A stretch of 64,000 nt of DNA from a virus. A model generated the notes under the pieces. The model worked only from the letters and a program-made list of their open reading frames with translations. It did not search any database and had not been told where the DNA came from. Shown here one piece after another: positions 1-8,455 of the stretch (positions within the stretch are counted from its first letter, which is position 1; every line of letters begins with the position of its first letter). Both the position numbers and the translations under genes were made by a program. The stretch spans positions 28,967 to 92,966 of the IMG/VR virus record IMGVR_UViG_3300017971_007886, one strand, 5' to 3'.

Positions 1-2
1 CT

Positions 3-197
3 GATGGCACGTCAGATCAGGTCGCCGTGTGTTTCATCTGCCAGAAGGAGACGGAGCGCAAGTCGCGAAAGGACGAAGCGGAGTACATGGCTCAGTACAA
101 GGAAGAGCCCGACCCTGGCTACGACCCGGATGAGGTCGAGGATGCTTGGGACGATGCGGCCCGGAGGTATGGAAATGAAAACGGGAACGCAGAGTAG
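3..197 (+). CDS. partial hypothetical protein (5' end outside window)
   Basis: Open frame from nt 3 (DGTSDQVAVCFICQKE...GNAE) to TAG 195-197, codon style like neighbours; not in ORF track. Confidence 0.45.
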   Translation, partial: DGTSDQVAVCFICQKETERKSRKDEAEYMAQYKEEPDPGYDPDEVEDAWDDAARRYGNENGNAE

Positions 198-385
198 TAG
201 CCGTCTCCAGAAGGACATGCGTGCCAAGACGCATTTGGACCGGTGCCGTCATTGCGGGGCACAACAGAACAAGCGGACCAACTTGGTAGGGGTCACGCAA
301 CACGACAAGGAAGGGAGGTGTTTCAGACTGAGAGTTGAGAGGCAGTACCTAGGAACGAACTTTGAACCAGAAACGGAGATGAACG

Positions 386-616
386 ATGGCAATAACGAAC
401 AAGGCCCTGGCCAGGCAGTATGAGAAACGTGCCCAAGCCGAACGAGACGCAGGTGGATTCTGCGTGGTCACGGCGAACATGCCCTGTATCGAGCTGAAGT
501 TGTCCGATGGGTCGGAATACTTCTTCCAGGGTGAGGAGGCAGAGAACCTTTTGAGCGAGGTACCGGATTGGATCTATCCAGACGACTACCTCTTGGCCAT
601 GGCACAGAACTGGTAA
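386..616 (+). CDS. hypothetical protein
   Basis: 76 aa ORF, GGAG upstream, packed with next gene. Confidence 0.7.
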   Translation: MAITNKALARQYEKRAQAERDAGGFCVVTANMPCIELKLSDGSEYFFQGEEAENLLSEVPDWIYPDDYLLAMAQNW

Positions 617-636
617 CCATTAACAAGGAGAGAACG

Positions 637-1116
637 ATGCTACAGATCGAAGACAAAGAGTACCATGGGCAAGTGTTGGCGAAGGCCAAGGAGATGGGCG
701 GCGATTGGCTGGAGCGCCTTTCGGAACGTCTCAACTACCTTGGCAACTACTCGTGCCATGATGGTGACACGGAGCGAACACGGTGTAGGCTGTTCAGTGA
801 CTTCGCCCCACTGTCGTACTACTTCATCATGGAGCTACGGGTGGAGGTACGCGACCGTGAGTGTCTGTCGTGCGGTCACAAGTTCACGGCAAAGGTGGTA
901 CGTGAGAAGCCCACGCCGAACATCAGCGGGGAGGCAACCGTGTGGTGCGAGCGGTGTGGTGCCAAGACGTGTGGCGAGCCCATTCGGCAGGAGTACCAGG
1001 AGTGGTTCAACGGTGGGCTCATCTTCCACGGGCCACATGACAACGGAGGCGATGGAGGGGCACCGACGTTCTCGGTCAACCTCATGCCCAGCCATGGCTG
1101 GAACATTCACACTTGA
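637..1116 (+). CDS. DUF4120-like protein with inserted zinc ribbon
   Basis: AAGGAG then ATG 637; DFAPLS..FNGGLIFHG..PTFSVNL..HGWNIHT resembles DUF4120; internal CLSC...CERC. Confidence 0.6.
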   Translation: MLQIEDKEYHGQVLAKAKEMGGDWLERLSERLNYLGNYSCHDGDTERTRCRLFSDFAPLSYYFIMELRVEVRDRECLSCGHKFTAKVVREKPTPNISGEATVWCERCGAKTCGEPIRQEYQEWFNGGLIFHGPHDNGGDGGAPTFSVNLMPSHGWNIHT

Positions 1117-1142
1117 GAACAACTAACAAGGAGCAAAGAACA

Positions 1143-1598
1143 ATGAGTTTCAAACACACATGCACCATCGAGAACGCCCCGCGATTCGCAGAGTGGATCA
1201 AGACCCGAGGCGGTGTCGCAGTCTGGCGTTCGGTCAACCTTTCCAATCCAGGCGCGTCGTGGAGTACCCCCGCACTCACTGTCGAGGGTGAGCCGACGCC
1301 CAAGCCCACCTGGCAGGCCGACTCTCAGCCGGAGTCGGTATTCACTGACCCCGCAGACATCGGGGTATCCATCGACAAAGAGGTCAAACGCTTTCACGTC
1401 GCGGTACGCCCTGGGAGTAATGGGCTCTCCCTCAAGGTGAGCGACGGCGGATCGCGGAGGATTCGCAAAGAGGTTGAGAAGGCGGGCGAGGGGGCATACC
1501 ACGTCTTCGACTACTACGACTACGACAACGCAGTCATCATGGCCCCTGCGGGCGAGTCCGTCTCCCTCAAGCAATGGATGGAGGACAACAATGTGTGA
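1143..1598 (+). CDS. hypothetical protein
   Basis: AAGGAG upstream of ATG 1143; overlaps next gene start. Confidence 0.75.
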   Translation: MSFKHTCTIENAPRFAEWIKTRGGVAVWRSVNLSNPGASWSTPALTVEGEPTPKPTWQADSQPESVFTDPADIGVSIDKEVKRFHVAVRPGSNGLSLKVSDGGSRRIRKEVEKAGEGAYHVFDYYDYDNAVIMAPAGESVSLKQWMEDNNV

Positions 1599-2184
1599 GG
1601 CAACATTGAAGATCGTCCACGACGATGATGCCGAGGCGCACAATCCTCGCCAGTGGGACAACCTTGGAACGATGGTGTGTTGGCACGATAGGTACAAGTT
1701 GGGGGATGAGCAACCATCATGTACTCCAGAGGAATGGATGCTGGAGGAGGTGCCACGAGGCGCGGTTTGTCTGCCGCTGTTCTTGTACGACCATAGCGGG
1801 ATCACAATGAGGTGTTCTCCCTTCGAGTGCAAGTGGGACAGCGGACAAGTGGGGTACATCTACACCACGCCAGAGAGAATCAAAGAGGCGTTTGCACTCA
1901 AAGATAGTGGCGTGGTGAAGACTGGTAGCAAACTCCACAAACGGGTCACGTCCTGTTTGGTCTCGGAGGTGGCTGTCTACGACCAGTTCCTTCGAGGAGC
2001 CATCTGGGGGTACATGGCAGAGCGGCCAAAGGAGAAGTGCCCAACGTGTGGGCACGTCAAGGAGTACGAGGAGGATTCCTGCTGGGGATTCTTCGGTGAC
2101 TCTTTGGAGGAGACTGGCATCCGAGACCATGTGCCCAAGTGGGCCGAGCCCCTTCTCGAACAGGCATGGGAGGACAGACAATGA
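1591..2184 (+). CDS. conserved phage/mobile-element hypothetical protein
   Basis: NPRQWDNLGTM, LPLFLYDHSGITM, WDSGQVGYIY, DSCWGFFG motifs recall a widespread phage/ICE family; CPTC knuckle. Confidence 0.75.
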   Translation: MCEATLKIVHDDDAEAHNPRQWDNLGTMVCWHDRYKLGDEQPSCTPEEWMLEEVPRGAVCLPLFLYDHSGITMRCSPFECKWDSGQVGYIYTTPERIKEAFALKDSGVVKTGSKLHKRVTSCLVSEVAVYDQFLRGAIWGYMAERPKEKCPTCGHVKEYEEDSCWGFFGDSLEETGIRDHVPKWAEPLLEQAWEDRQ

Positions 2185-2372
2185 AGACGCACATGCGAGA
2201 TATACGATTGAGGAACAATGCGGGCATCGACTTTCCCGTGTGTTGCCGGAACGCACCCGCGTTGGACCTAGACAAGTCGAGGTACCCCACCACTGGCAAC
2301 ATCAAAGAGGTGGATTGTAAACGGTGCCTCAAGTCATTCCCACGGCTATACCCGTGGGCGAGCGGGAGGTGA
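2181..2372 (+). CDS. small Cys-rich hypothetical protein
   Basis: GGAGG RBS, ATGA overlap, VDCKRC. Confidence 0.6.
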   Translation: MKTHMRDIRLRNNAGIDFPVCCRNAPALDLDKSRYPTTGNIKEVDCKRCLKSFPRLYPWASGR

Positions 2373-2373
2373 C

Positions 2374-2562
2374 ATGGACTTCATGCTCAACGTCCAGGGC
2401 CGGTACGTCTGTTGGGATAGCTACCGTGCCGTGTGGTACCTCGGACCCAAGCGGTTGTCGGAGTGGTTCGCTGCCGACTTTCGGAATGGGAGAGTAGGTG
2501 CCAGAGCGGAGAAGGCTTTGGAGTGGTTCCCCACTGCCAAGGCGGTGTGGAGGAGAAGCTGA
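2374..2562 (+). CDS. hypothetical protein
   Basis: GGAGG RBS, tight packing. Confidence 0.55.
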   Translation: MDFMLNVQGRYVCWDSYRAVWYLGPKRLSEWFAADFRNGRVGARAEKALEWFPTAKAVWRRS

Positions 2563-2658
2563 TGTTCTACCTCCCACAAACAAACAGAGAGTGGCTCCAG
2601 TTCTTCTGGGGCATGTTCAAGTGGAAGTACCTAGGAACTACTAACAAGGAGAACAGCA

Positions 2659-3555
2659 ATGAAGAAGTTCAGAGTGATCGGAAAAGAGTGGTGCGAGATG
2701 GAGGCAAAGTTGACCTACACCGATGGGAAGACTCGACTCAGCATTACCGGAACAGCGGGGACTGTGATCCCTAAGAGAAGTGGCAAGAAGATGGCCCGCG
2801 AGTATTGGGAGGGCTTCTTCGAGGAGTGCCCCGAAGAGCTGGGCCGTATGGCGGTCGAGTATGGGAAACGGACACCGAGGTCGGCTGCCAACTACGTCCT
2901 CCAGGTGGATGGAGACTTCCATGGGCTCGATGTCCACAAGGACGAGGACGGGAAGCTGTACTTGGTACAGTGTTGTGGTCAGATTCGGGAGGAGTTGATT
3001 CGCTTCTTCCCTGACTGCGAGGAGTATCTGCCCTGGCACCTCAACGACATGAAGGCCGGGTGTGAGCACCAGGAGGCCCTTGGTTGGGGACACGGGTACA
3101 CGGTGGCGCTGTCGCCCCAGGAGTTGACCCCTGCCCAGCGGGCGACCATCGAGGGCAGGGCCATGAGGGAGTGCGAGCGAATCCGTGAAAAGGAGTTCAA
3201 GGAGGATTGGGCTATCCTGATGAAGGACAAGCGGCGACGTACCAACTGGCTCCTCGAACTCAAGGGAGAAGGGAAGGTCACGTTGCACGATGTCGAGACC
3301 TTCGACACGCCCTGGCCCACGGCTGACAAGCGGAAGTTGGAGGCCGCGCTCCTCAGTCAGATCGAGGAGCGGATCAAGCCCGTCGAGTTCAAGGGCAAGG
3401 TGTACGAGAACAGTCTCGGTGCCCCGTGCCCAGAGTGTGGCTACGAATACGGTACCGCCTGGTTGTACCGAGAACTCCCTCCGCATGTGATTGCGTGGGC
3501 CAAGGGCGAGCCTCTTCCTCCGCACGTCGAGGTGGTTCGGAAAGGAGGCAAGTGA
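2659..3555 (+). CDS. conserved phage hypothetical protein
   Basis: 298 aa; CGQI, WHLNDMKAGC, CPECGYEYGTAWLYRELP motifs; AAGGAG RBS. Confidence 0.8.
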   Translation: MKKFRVIGKEWCEMEAKLTYTDGKTRLSITGTAGTVIPKRSGKKMAREYWEGFFEECPEELGRMAVEYGKRTPRSAANYVLQVDGDFHGLDVHKDEDGKLYLVQCCGQIREELIRFFPDCEEYLPWHLNDMKAGCEHQEALGWGHGYTVALSPQELTPAQRATIEGRAMRECERIREKEFKEDWAILMKDKRRRTNWLLELKGEGKVTLHDVETFDTPWPTADKRKLEAALLSQIEERIKPVEFKGKVYENSLGAPCPECGYEYGTAWLYRELPPHVIAWAKGEPLPPHVEVVRKGGK

Positions 3556-3752
3556 TGTTGGTAGTCAAAGTCGAAACAGACAACGCAGCGTTTGGTGAGA
3601 CCGATGATGAGCTGCGGTACGAGGCGTCATACGTTCTCAGGAATATCGCTGACTGGATCGATGAGGGTTGTGACCTGCCTATGGGCAAGAAGGTCATGGA
3701 CCACAACGGGAACACTATTGGCAAGGTCACTCTGAAGAAAGGAGATGTGTGA
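3555..3752 (+). CDS. hypothetical protein
   Basis: GGAGG RBS; TDNAAF...DHNGNTIG small phage-protein pattern. Confidence 0.7.
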   Translation: MLVVKVETDNAAFGETDDELRYEASYVLRNIADWIDEGCDLPMGKKVMDHNGNTIGKVTLKKGDV

Positions 3753-4546
3753 TGGCTCGATTCTTCAGACTCGGTGGCGATGTCAACTGGTCAGACTATG
3801 GTGGCACATGGTACAGGCGAGTCGGTCCTGGTCGGTACCACATCATGGAGCTGATCAACTGGATTGAAGCGTGTGGGGAGCGTGAGGCAAAAGAGATTGG
3901 CGCGACCTACAACGTCTCGCTCTCCGAGGTAGATGTGGCCGCCGCCTCGGACAAGGTGAAAGAGGAGGCAAAGCGTTCCTGCGGTTGGGAAGGAATGGAG
4001 GAGCAAGTCAACAACGTGGAACTGATGTGGGCCGAGGTGCTATTCCAGTACGGGTACAAGGCCCCGCTCTGGGACAAGAACGGAAACAACTACAGCCTTC
4101 TGATGAAGGAGGCAAGAGAGGAGTCAGCCTCTTTGGATGATCCCGAAGCCCATGAGGCTGCTATGAATCGACCGGTCAACAAGATTGGATCGACAGCCAG
4201 AGAGTTCATGCAGGGTGACTTCGCCTCTGCGATGGACCGTGGTGTTCGAGAAGGGCGCACTGACGCGAAGATCATGGCCAAGATGCACGGTGTACCCGAC
4301 GATGTGATTGAGAAGGTCGAGGGTCAGCCGCTCTGTGTGGGCGTGTCGTTCAGCGTGAAGATGCGCGGGACGGATGCTGTACCAAGCGATGACCCTCTCG
4401 CGTTCACGATGGGGTACATGCACGCCCGCGCCGGTCAGGGTCTCGACCACGACAGAAAGGACTTGGCTTCCGAGTACGTTCGGGGGTATCAGCTCGGTGT
4501 AGACGTGAAAGCGGGACGTGCCCCTAAACCTGAATGGCACAAGTGA
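3749..4546 (+). CDS. hypothetical protein
   Basis: 265 aa ORF, AGGAG RBS. Confidence 0.8.
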   Translation: MMARFFRLGGDVNWSDYGGTWYRRVGPGRYHIMELINWIEACGEREAKEIGATYNVSLSEVDVAAASDKVKEEAKRSCGWEGMEEQVNNVELMWAEVLFQYGYKAPLWDKNGNNYSLLMKEAREESASLDDPEAHEAAMNRPVNKIGSTAREFMQGDFASAMDRGVREGRTDAKIMAKMHGVPDDVIEKVEGQPLCVGVSFSVKMRGTDAVPSDDPLAFTMGYMHARAGQGLDHDRKDLASEYVRGYQLGVDVKAGRAPKPEWHK

Positions 4547-4559
4547 GAAGGAGTACGTT

Positions 4560-4778
4560 ATGGATTACAAAGTCATGGCACCTGTCACCCTGGAGAATGG
4601 TTCGACAGCGTGGGTAGAGATAGGCAAAGGAGTCAAGGGACATCCTGGTCGCAACAAGTACGCCGCCAGGATGACGATCACTTCACTCCCGGTACACGCA
4701 TCTGCGGGGAAGCCGTTCGACGTGTACCTCTTTGACCGAGATGCAGAAGGAGATGATGATGACCAATTCAATCGTTGA
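4560..4778 (+). CDS. hypothetical protein
   Basis: AAGGAG RBS before ATG 4560. Confidence 0.6.
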   Translation: MDYKVMAPVTLENGSTAWVEIGKGVKGHPGRNKYAARMTITSLPVHASAGKPFDVYLFDRDAEGDDDDQFNR

Positions 4779-5241
4779 TTCGATGGCACGTACACTGTGG
4801 GTGAGTACCTACGCAGATTGGTGGGACGAGGCCCCTGATGATGTTCAAGCAAAGTACCCAGGAGCGGGTGCGGGTGAGGACTGGATGGACGTAGCTCCAG
4901 GTGGTATTCCGTGCGATGTGGAAGACCAGGCGTGGAGACTCTGTGGCATGATCGAACAGGCCAACGGAATGGCCCTCGTCTGTTTGGCGGCGGCAGCCCA
5001 CAGAGCGGAGAACGAAGGAGATGGCTGCGAACGTAGTTGGCACTTCGACAACGACTTCGGCCACTGCCTCGCCATGATGGCGATGGGCACTGGAGTCAGT
5101 TGGTACGACAACCACGCAAGGTTCTACCTGGACTCGTGGAGCGATGAGCAGAAGCGAGAGATGGTGGTACCGGCCATTGACATCGCGGGTGAGCTTGATA
5201 TGGACGAGTGTGTCGATGAGGTTTGCCCGGAGGTACCGTAG
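4753..5241 (+). CDS. acidic hypothetical protein
   Basis: GAAGGAG then three tandem ATGs (start 4753-4759 uncertain). Confidence 0.75.
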   Translation: MMMTNSIVDSMARTLWVSTYADWWDEAPDDVQAKYPGAGAGEDWMDVAPGGIPCDVEDQAWRLCGMIEQANGMALVCLAAAAHRAENEGDGCERSWHFDNDFGHCLAMMAMGTGVSWYDNHARFYLDSWSDEQKREMVVPAIDIAGELDMDECVDEVCPEVP

Positions 5242-5315
5242 CAGTACATGAGGGGTACTGACGGGGTACTTTTCTATTGACTGCCCCTAGGTGGTTTGAT
5301 AGGTGTACCCCGTCA
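5233..5315. promoter_or_regulatory. intergenic regulatory element: phased GTAC array, 11-bp inverted repeat, TTGACT -35-like box
   Basis: GTAC at 5233/5244/5255/5266; TGACGGGGTAC (5259-5269) pairs with GTACCCCGTCA (5305-5315); TTGACT at 5277. Confidence 0.5.
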
Positions 5316-5415
5316 ATCCCGAATCAAGATCGTAAACCAAATGGACATGCCAGCACTTGTAATGGTACTCGTGTTGGCAGACCGAACCAAGGCCCAAGTG
5401 GTCAAGGAGAGAGCA

Positions 5416-6240
5416 ATGAACAAGAAGGACATCGAAGAAGCTGTTGCGAACGGTATCTCGGAAGGAATGGCCGAGGTCGTCTCTACGCTGGTAGAGATTC
5501 GTGACGCCATTGGTACAGCGGGGTGGGGCGGAGACAAACCTGCCGCGCCCGCTGACGAAGAGGAGCCCGAGGAACCGGAAGAGGTCGAAGAGGAGGCAGA
5601 GGAGCCCGAAGAGGAAGAGGCGGCAAGCGGGGAGTTCAACCTCGGTGACGAGGTGGTCGCGTACTTGGCTGACGAAGAGGGGAACGCTGACTGGTACGAG
5701 TCCGAGATTGTCGCTATGAACAGCGAAGGCGAGTTCACCATCAAGACGCAGGATGGTGACGAGATTCCTGGCGTGGGGCCAGGGTACTTGGCTGCCCCCG
5801 AGGATGAGGATCGTATCCTCGCAATCGAGGGCGGTGAGTTGGATGAGGAAGAGGCTCCAGAGGAGGAGCCCGAAGAAGAGGAACCCGAAGAAGAGGAACC
5901 CGAAGAGGAGGAAGAGGAAGTGGCTACCAAGAAGACCAAGAAGAAGACCTCGAAGAAGGCCACCAGCAAGAAGGAGACCGCCTCCAAGAAGGACAAGGCC
6001 GCCGAGGAGGCCGCAAAGGAGAAAGCGCGGAAGGCCAAGCGAACTCGGCTCGCGAAGGGTGTTCCCTACACCAAGGAACAGTTGCAGAGCGACAAGTTCA
6101 AGCGACAAGACCTGGTGATGTTGGCCTCGTACATCAACGAGGTCGCAGGGAAGAAGGTCATCAAGAACCCACTGGCGAAACAGGCGTTGCTGATCAACTC
6201 GATCATCAAGTACCAGAAGGTACTGAAGAAGGGCAAGTAG
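5416..6240 (+). CDS. acidic protein with Tudor/Agenet-like barrel, Lys-rich linker and C-terminal Rho-N/HeH-like helices
   Basis: AAGGAG RBS; FNLGDEVVAY...WYESEIVAM...FTIKTQDG flanked by poly-Glu tracts; KKTKKKTSKK; YTKEQLQ..KRQDLVMLA..KQALLINSII. Confidence 0.65.
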   Translation: MNKKDIEEAVANGISEGMAEVVSTLVEIRDAIGTAGWGGDKPAAPADEEEPEEPEEVEEEAEEPEEEEAASGEFNLGDEVVAYLADEEGNADWYESEIVAMNSEGEFTIKTQDGDEIPGVGPGYLAAPEDEDRILAIEGGELDEEEAPEEEPEEEEPEEEEPEEEEEEVATKKTKKKTSKKATSKKETASKKDKAAEEAAKEKARKAKRTRLAKGVPYTKEQLQSDKFKRQDLVMLASYINEVAGKKVIKNPLAKQALLINSIIKYQKVLKKGK

Positions 6241-6243
6241 CCT

Positions 6244-6516
6244 GTGAGCCCCTTCACTGATTGGCTCAAGCCTGACAAGGTAGAGTCCTTCAAAGCCGAC
6301 TACGAGGGCATCGTGTGTGAGGCGCGGTGCCCTTGTGGTGCGGTTACCCCGATCCTCTTTCAACAGGGTACCGAGGAATTGGATACGCTACTGAGTCATG
6401 GTCTCGTGATCGACGTTGAAGTGCAATGTTACTCGTGTGACCAAACTCTGTCCTACCGCACCAGTGAGACTGCGCCAGTGGTGTGGGATTCGAGGAAGCA
6501 CGAACTGAACCAGTAA
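6244..6516 (+). CDS. zinc-binding hypothetical protein
   Basis: CPCG ... CYSC. Confidence 0.6.
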   Translation: MSPFTDWLKPDKVESFKADYEGIVCEARCPCGAVTPILFQQGTEELDTLLSHGLVIDVEVQCYSCDQTLSYRTSETAPVVWDSRKHELNQ

Positions 6517-6568
6517 CCATTAACCCTTGGGTACTCAGCGCACGGGTACTCAGGATCGGAGGGAGGAC

Positions 6569-7117
6569 ATGAGGAAGCTCAGTCCCAGGGAGTACCGCGA
6601 GGTACTTTATGAAAGGGAGGTGTACCGTTCCCGAATTTATGCCCCGCCCACACGGAAGCAACTGAATCTGTACCGGAAGCCCGGTTGTGGCTTCAACCAA
6701 CAACTCTACCGACAACCAGAGAACACCAAGCGGTTGGCTCCGAGGAAGTACAAGCCGAAGATCAAGCCGCGACAGGGGTACCTGGCAGACTACGTGACTC
6801 GAACCACGGTCGCCTTCGCAAACGACAATGGCGGTGAGTGGTACGTGTCCTACGCTGGATACCAGGTGGCGATCCTCGAACGTCTGTTCTACGAGGAGAA
6901 GGCCCCCAGCATGTTGTACGAGGTCGTCGGCGGGATCTTCGCCCATCCGTTGCTGGAGGACGAAGGTATCGTTTTCATCCAGTTGTCGAGACTGGACGCA
7001 CTGGTGGAGGTGTGCCTCGAAGACCTGCGCGTGTCCCTGCAAGGCCAGGTGTCATTGGCCGATGTCCTGGCCGCAGGCGGCGAATCGGTGTTCCAATTCA
7101 GGCCACAGGCATCGTGA
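6569..7117 (+). CDS. hypothetical protein
   Basis: GGAGG RBS; basic N-half, globular C-half. Confidence 0.7.
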   Translation: MRKLSPREYREVLYEREVYRSRIYAPPTRKQLNLYRKPGCGFNQQLYRQPENTKRLAPRKYKPKIKPRQGYLADYVTRTTVAFANDNGGEWYVSYAGYQVAILERLFYEEKAPSMLYEVVGGIFAHPLLEDEGIVFIQLSRLDALVEVCLEDLRVSLQGQVSLADVLAAGGESVFQFRPQAS

Positions 7118-7130
7118 CCCATTTTGGGTA

Positions 7131-7170
7131 TTGACACTCGAAACAATTATCTGATGAAAGGTAAAGCACA
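7131..7170 (+). promoter_or_regulatory. possible sigma70-type promoter
   Basis: TTGACA at 7131 in an AT-rich intergenic gap; no convincing -10. Confidence 0.35.
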
Positions 7171-8145
7171 ATGAAGACATTCACGCAACAAGAACTTGAG
7201 AAGATGAGCCTTTTGGAGATCCGAAAGGTTGCCCGCAAATTGGGAATCACTGACATCGCTGGTAAGCGACAGAACGAAATCGTCAGGAAGATTCTAACCA
7301 AGCAAAAGCCCGGTGGCGTGGACCCACGGGTGAAGCCGAAGGAGGCTGCGGCGGCCAAGAAGAAGACCAAGGCCGAGCCCAAGCCCAAGGCTGCGAAGAA
7401 GACCAAGGCCAAGACCAAGGCTGCTCCAAAAGAGGACATCGAAGAGCCAACGTTCTCTGGTACACTGGAGCAGAGGGTGGCGCGAATCGAGATGGCCTTG
7501 GTGGGGGCAGGGATCATGGATGCGAAGATGGACAAGAAGAAGCCAGCAACGAAGACGCCGCCCAGCGTGGAGCAAGCGGTATTGCCGAGTGAGTGGTTCG
7601 ACGAGGATGGGAATCTCTCGCTCACGCCAGAGGACATCGAGTCGATGAACTTCGATTCCATCCTGGCAGTCAACAACCTCTTGGGTGACTACGCCGCCGA
7701 CATCCCTGAGTCGCAAAGGAAGACGCCACGACTCGCGAGGATGCGGTTGGTTCAGGCACTCAGGAAGATCGGTGATGTCGAACAAGGGGAGGGTGACGAC
7801 GAGCCAGAAGAGGAAGGTGAGCTGGTGGAAATCGAGCCCAACGAAGAAAGCCCGTTCCCGCCCGAGGAGGTCGGAGACCAGTGCTACATCAAGGACGAGA
7901 AAGGCCGGTGGTTTGCGGGGCTCGTCGTTGACATCTCCGAGAAGGATGGAGAGCCCTGGTACCTCATTCGCTACACCGTTGGCGATGCGGTGATCGAGGA
8001 AGAGGTCGATGTCGAGGAGCTGAAGCCTTGGGAGCCCGACGAGGAGGAAGAGGCAGAGGACGAGGAAGGCGAAGAGGAAGAGTACGAAGAAGAGGACGAG
8101 GCTGAAGAGGAAGAAGAAGAGTACGAAGAAGACGAAGACGAGTAG
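7171..8145 (+). CDS. Rho-N/HeH-like domain, Lys/Ala-rich segment, Tudor/chromo-barrel-like domain and acidic tail protein
   Basis: MSLLEIRKVARKLGI..GKRQNEIVRKIL (Rho-N-like); KKKTKAEPKPKAAKK; VGDQCYIKDEKGRWFAGLVVDI..WYLIRY..EEEVDVEELKPW; D/E tail. Confidence 0.7.
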   Translation: MKTFTQQELEKMSLLEIRKVARKLGITDIAGKRQNEIVRKILTKQKPGGVDPRVKPKEAAAAKKKTKAEPKPKAAKKTKAKTKAAPKEDIEEPTFSGTLEQRVARIEMALVGAGIMDAKMDKKKPATKTPPSVEQAVLPSEWFDEDGNLSLTPEDIESMNFDSILAVNNLLGDYAADIPESQRKTPRLARMRLVQALRKIGDVEQGEGDDEPEEEGELVEIEPNEESPFPPEEVGDQCYIKDEKGRWFAGLVVDISEKDGEPWYLIRYTVGDAVIEEEVDVEELKPWEPDEEEEAEDEEGEEEEYEEEDEAEEEEEEYEEDEDE

Positions 8146-8152
8146 CTGACGC

Positions 8153-8192
8153 GAGGGGCGGGTGCCTGTCATGGGTACCCGCCTCTTTGTGT
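8153..8192 (+). terminator. intrinsic terminator-like hairpin
   Basis: GAGGGGCGGGTGCCTG-TCA-TGGGTACCCGCCTCTT stem with G-U pairs, then TGTGT, just after a stop codon. Confidence 0.6.
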
Positions 8193-8225
8193 GCTTGGAG
8201 GTTGAGATGCGATGGAGACCGAACG

Positions 8226-8453
8226 ATGGGTAGCCTAGCACCACGGAGCCGGAAGGGTTTCATGGTGCTGATGAATGTGCCGATGCCCAAGAGCGGGCGT
8301 TGCATGTTCTGTAAACGTACTGTCCCAATTAAGGCCAAAGTCATAAGCTGTGATCATGCCCCACCTACTGGATTCGCCTGTGCTGAGTGTACTCGCCAGC
8401 GATTCCTTCCTACCGATGGCTCGCCCGAGCCCGACTTCTTCCGAAAGAGCTAA
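8226..8453 (+). CDS. small zinc-finger protein
   Basis: CMFC ... CAEC; ends just before the TGT-like gene. Confidence 0.55.
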   Translation: MGSLAPRSRKGFMVLMNVPMPKSGRCMFCKRTVPIKAKVISCDHAPPTGFACAECTRQRFLPTDGSPEPDFFRKS

Positions 8454-8455
8454 CG

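Noticed and set aside
5560-8140. GAAGAG-rich nucleotide repeats as non-coding elements
   Set aside because: Fully explained by poly-Glu coding tracts.
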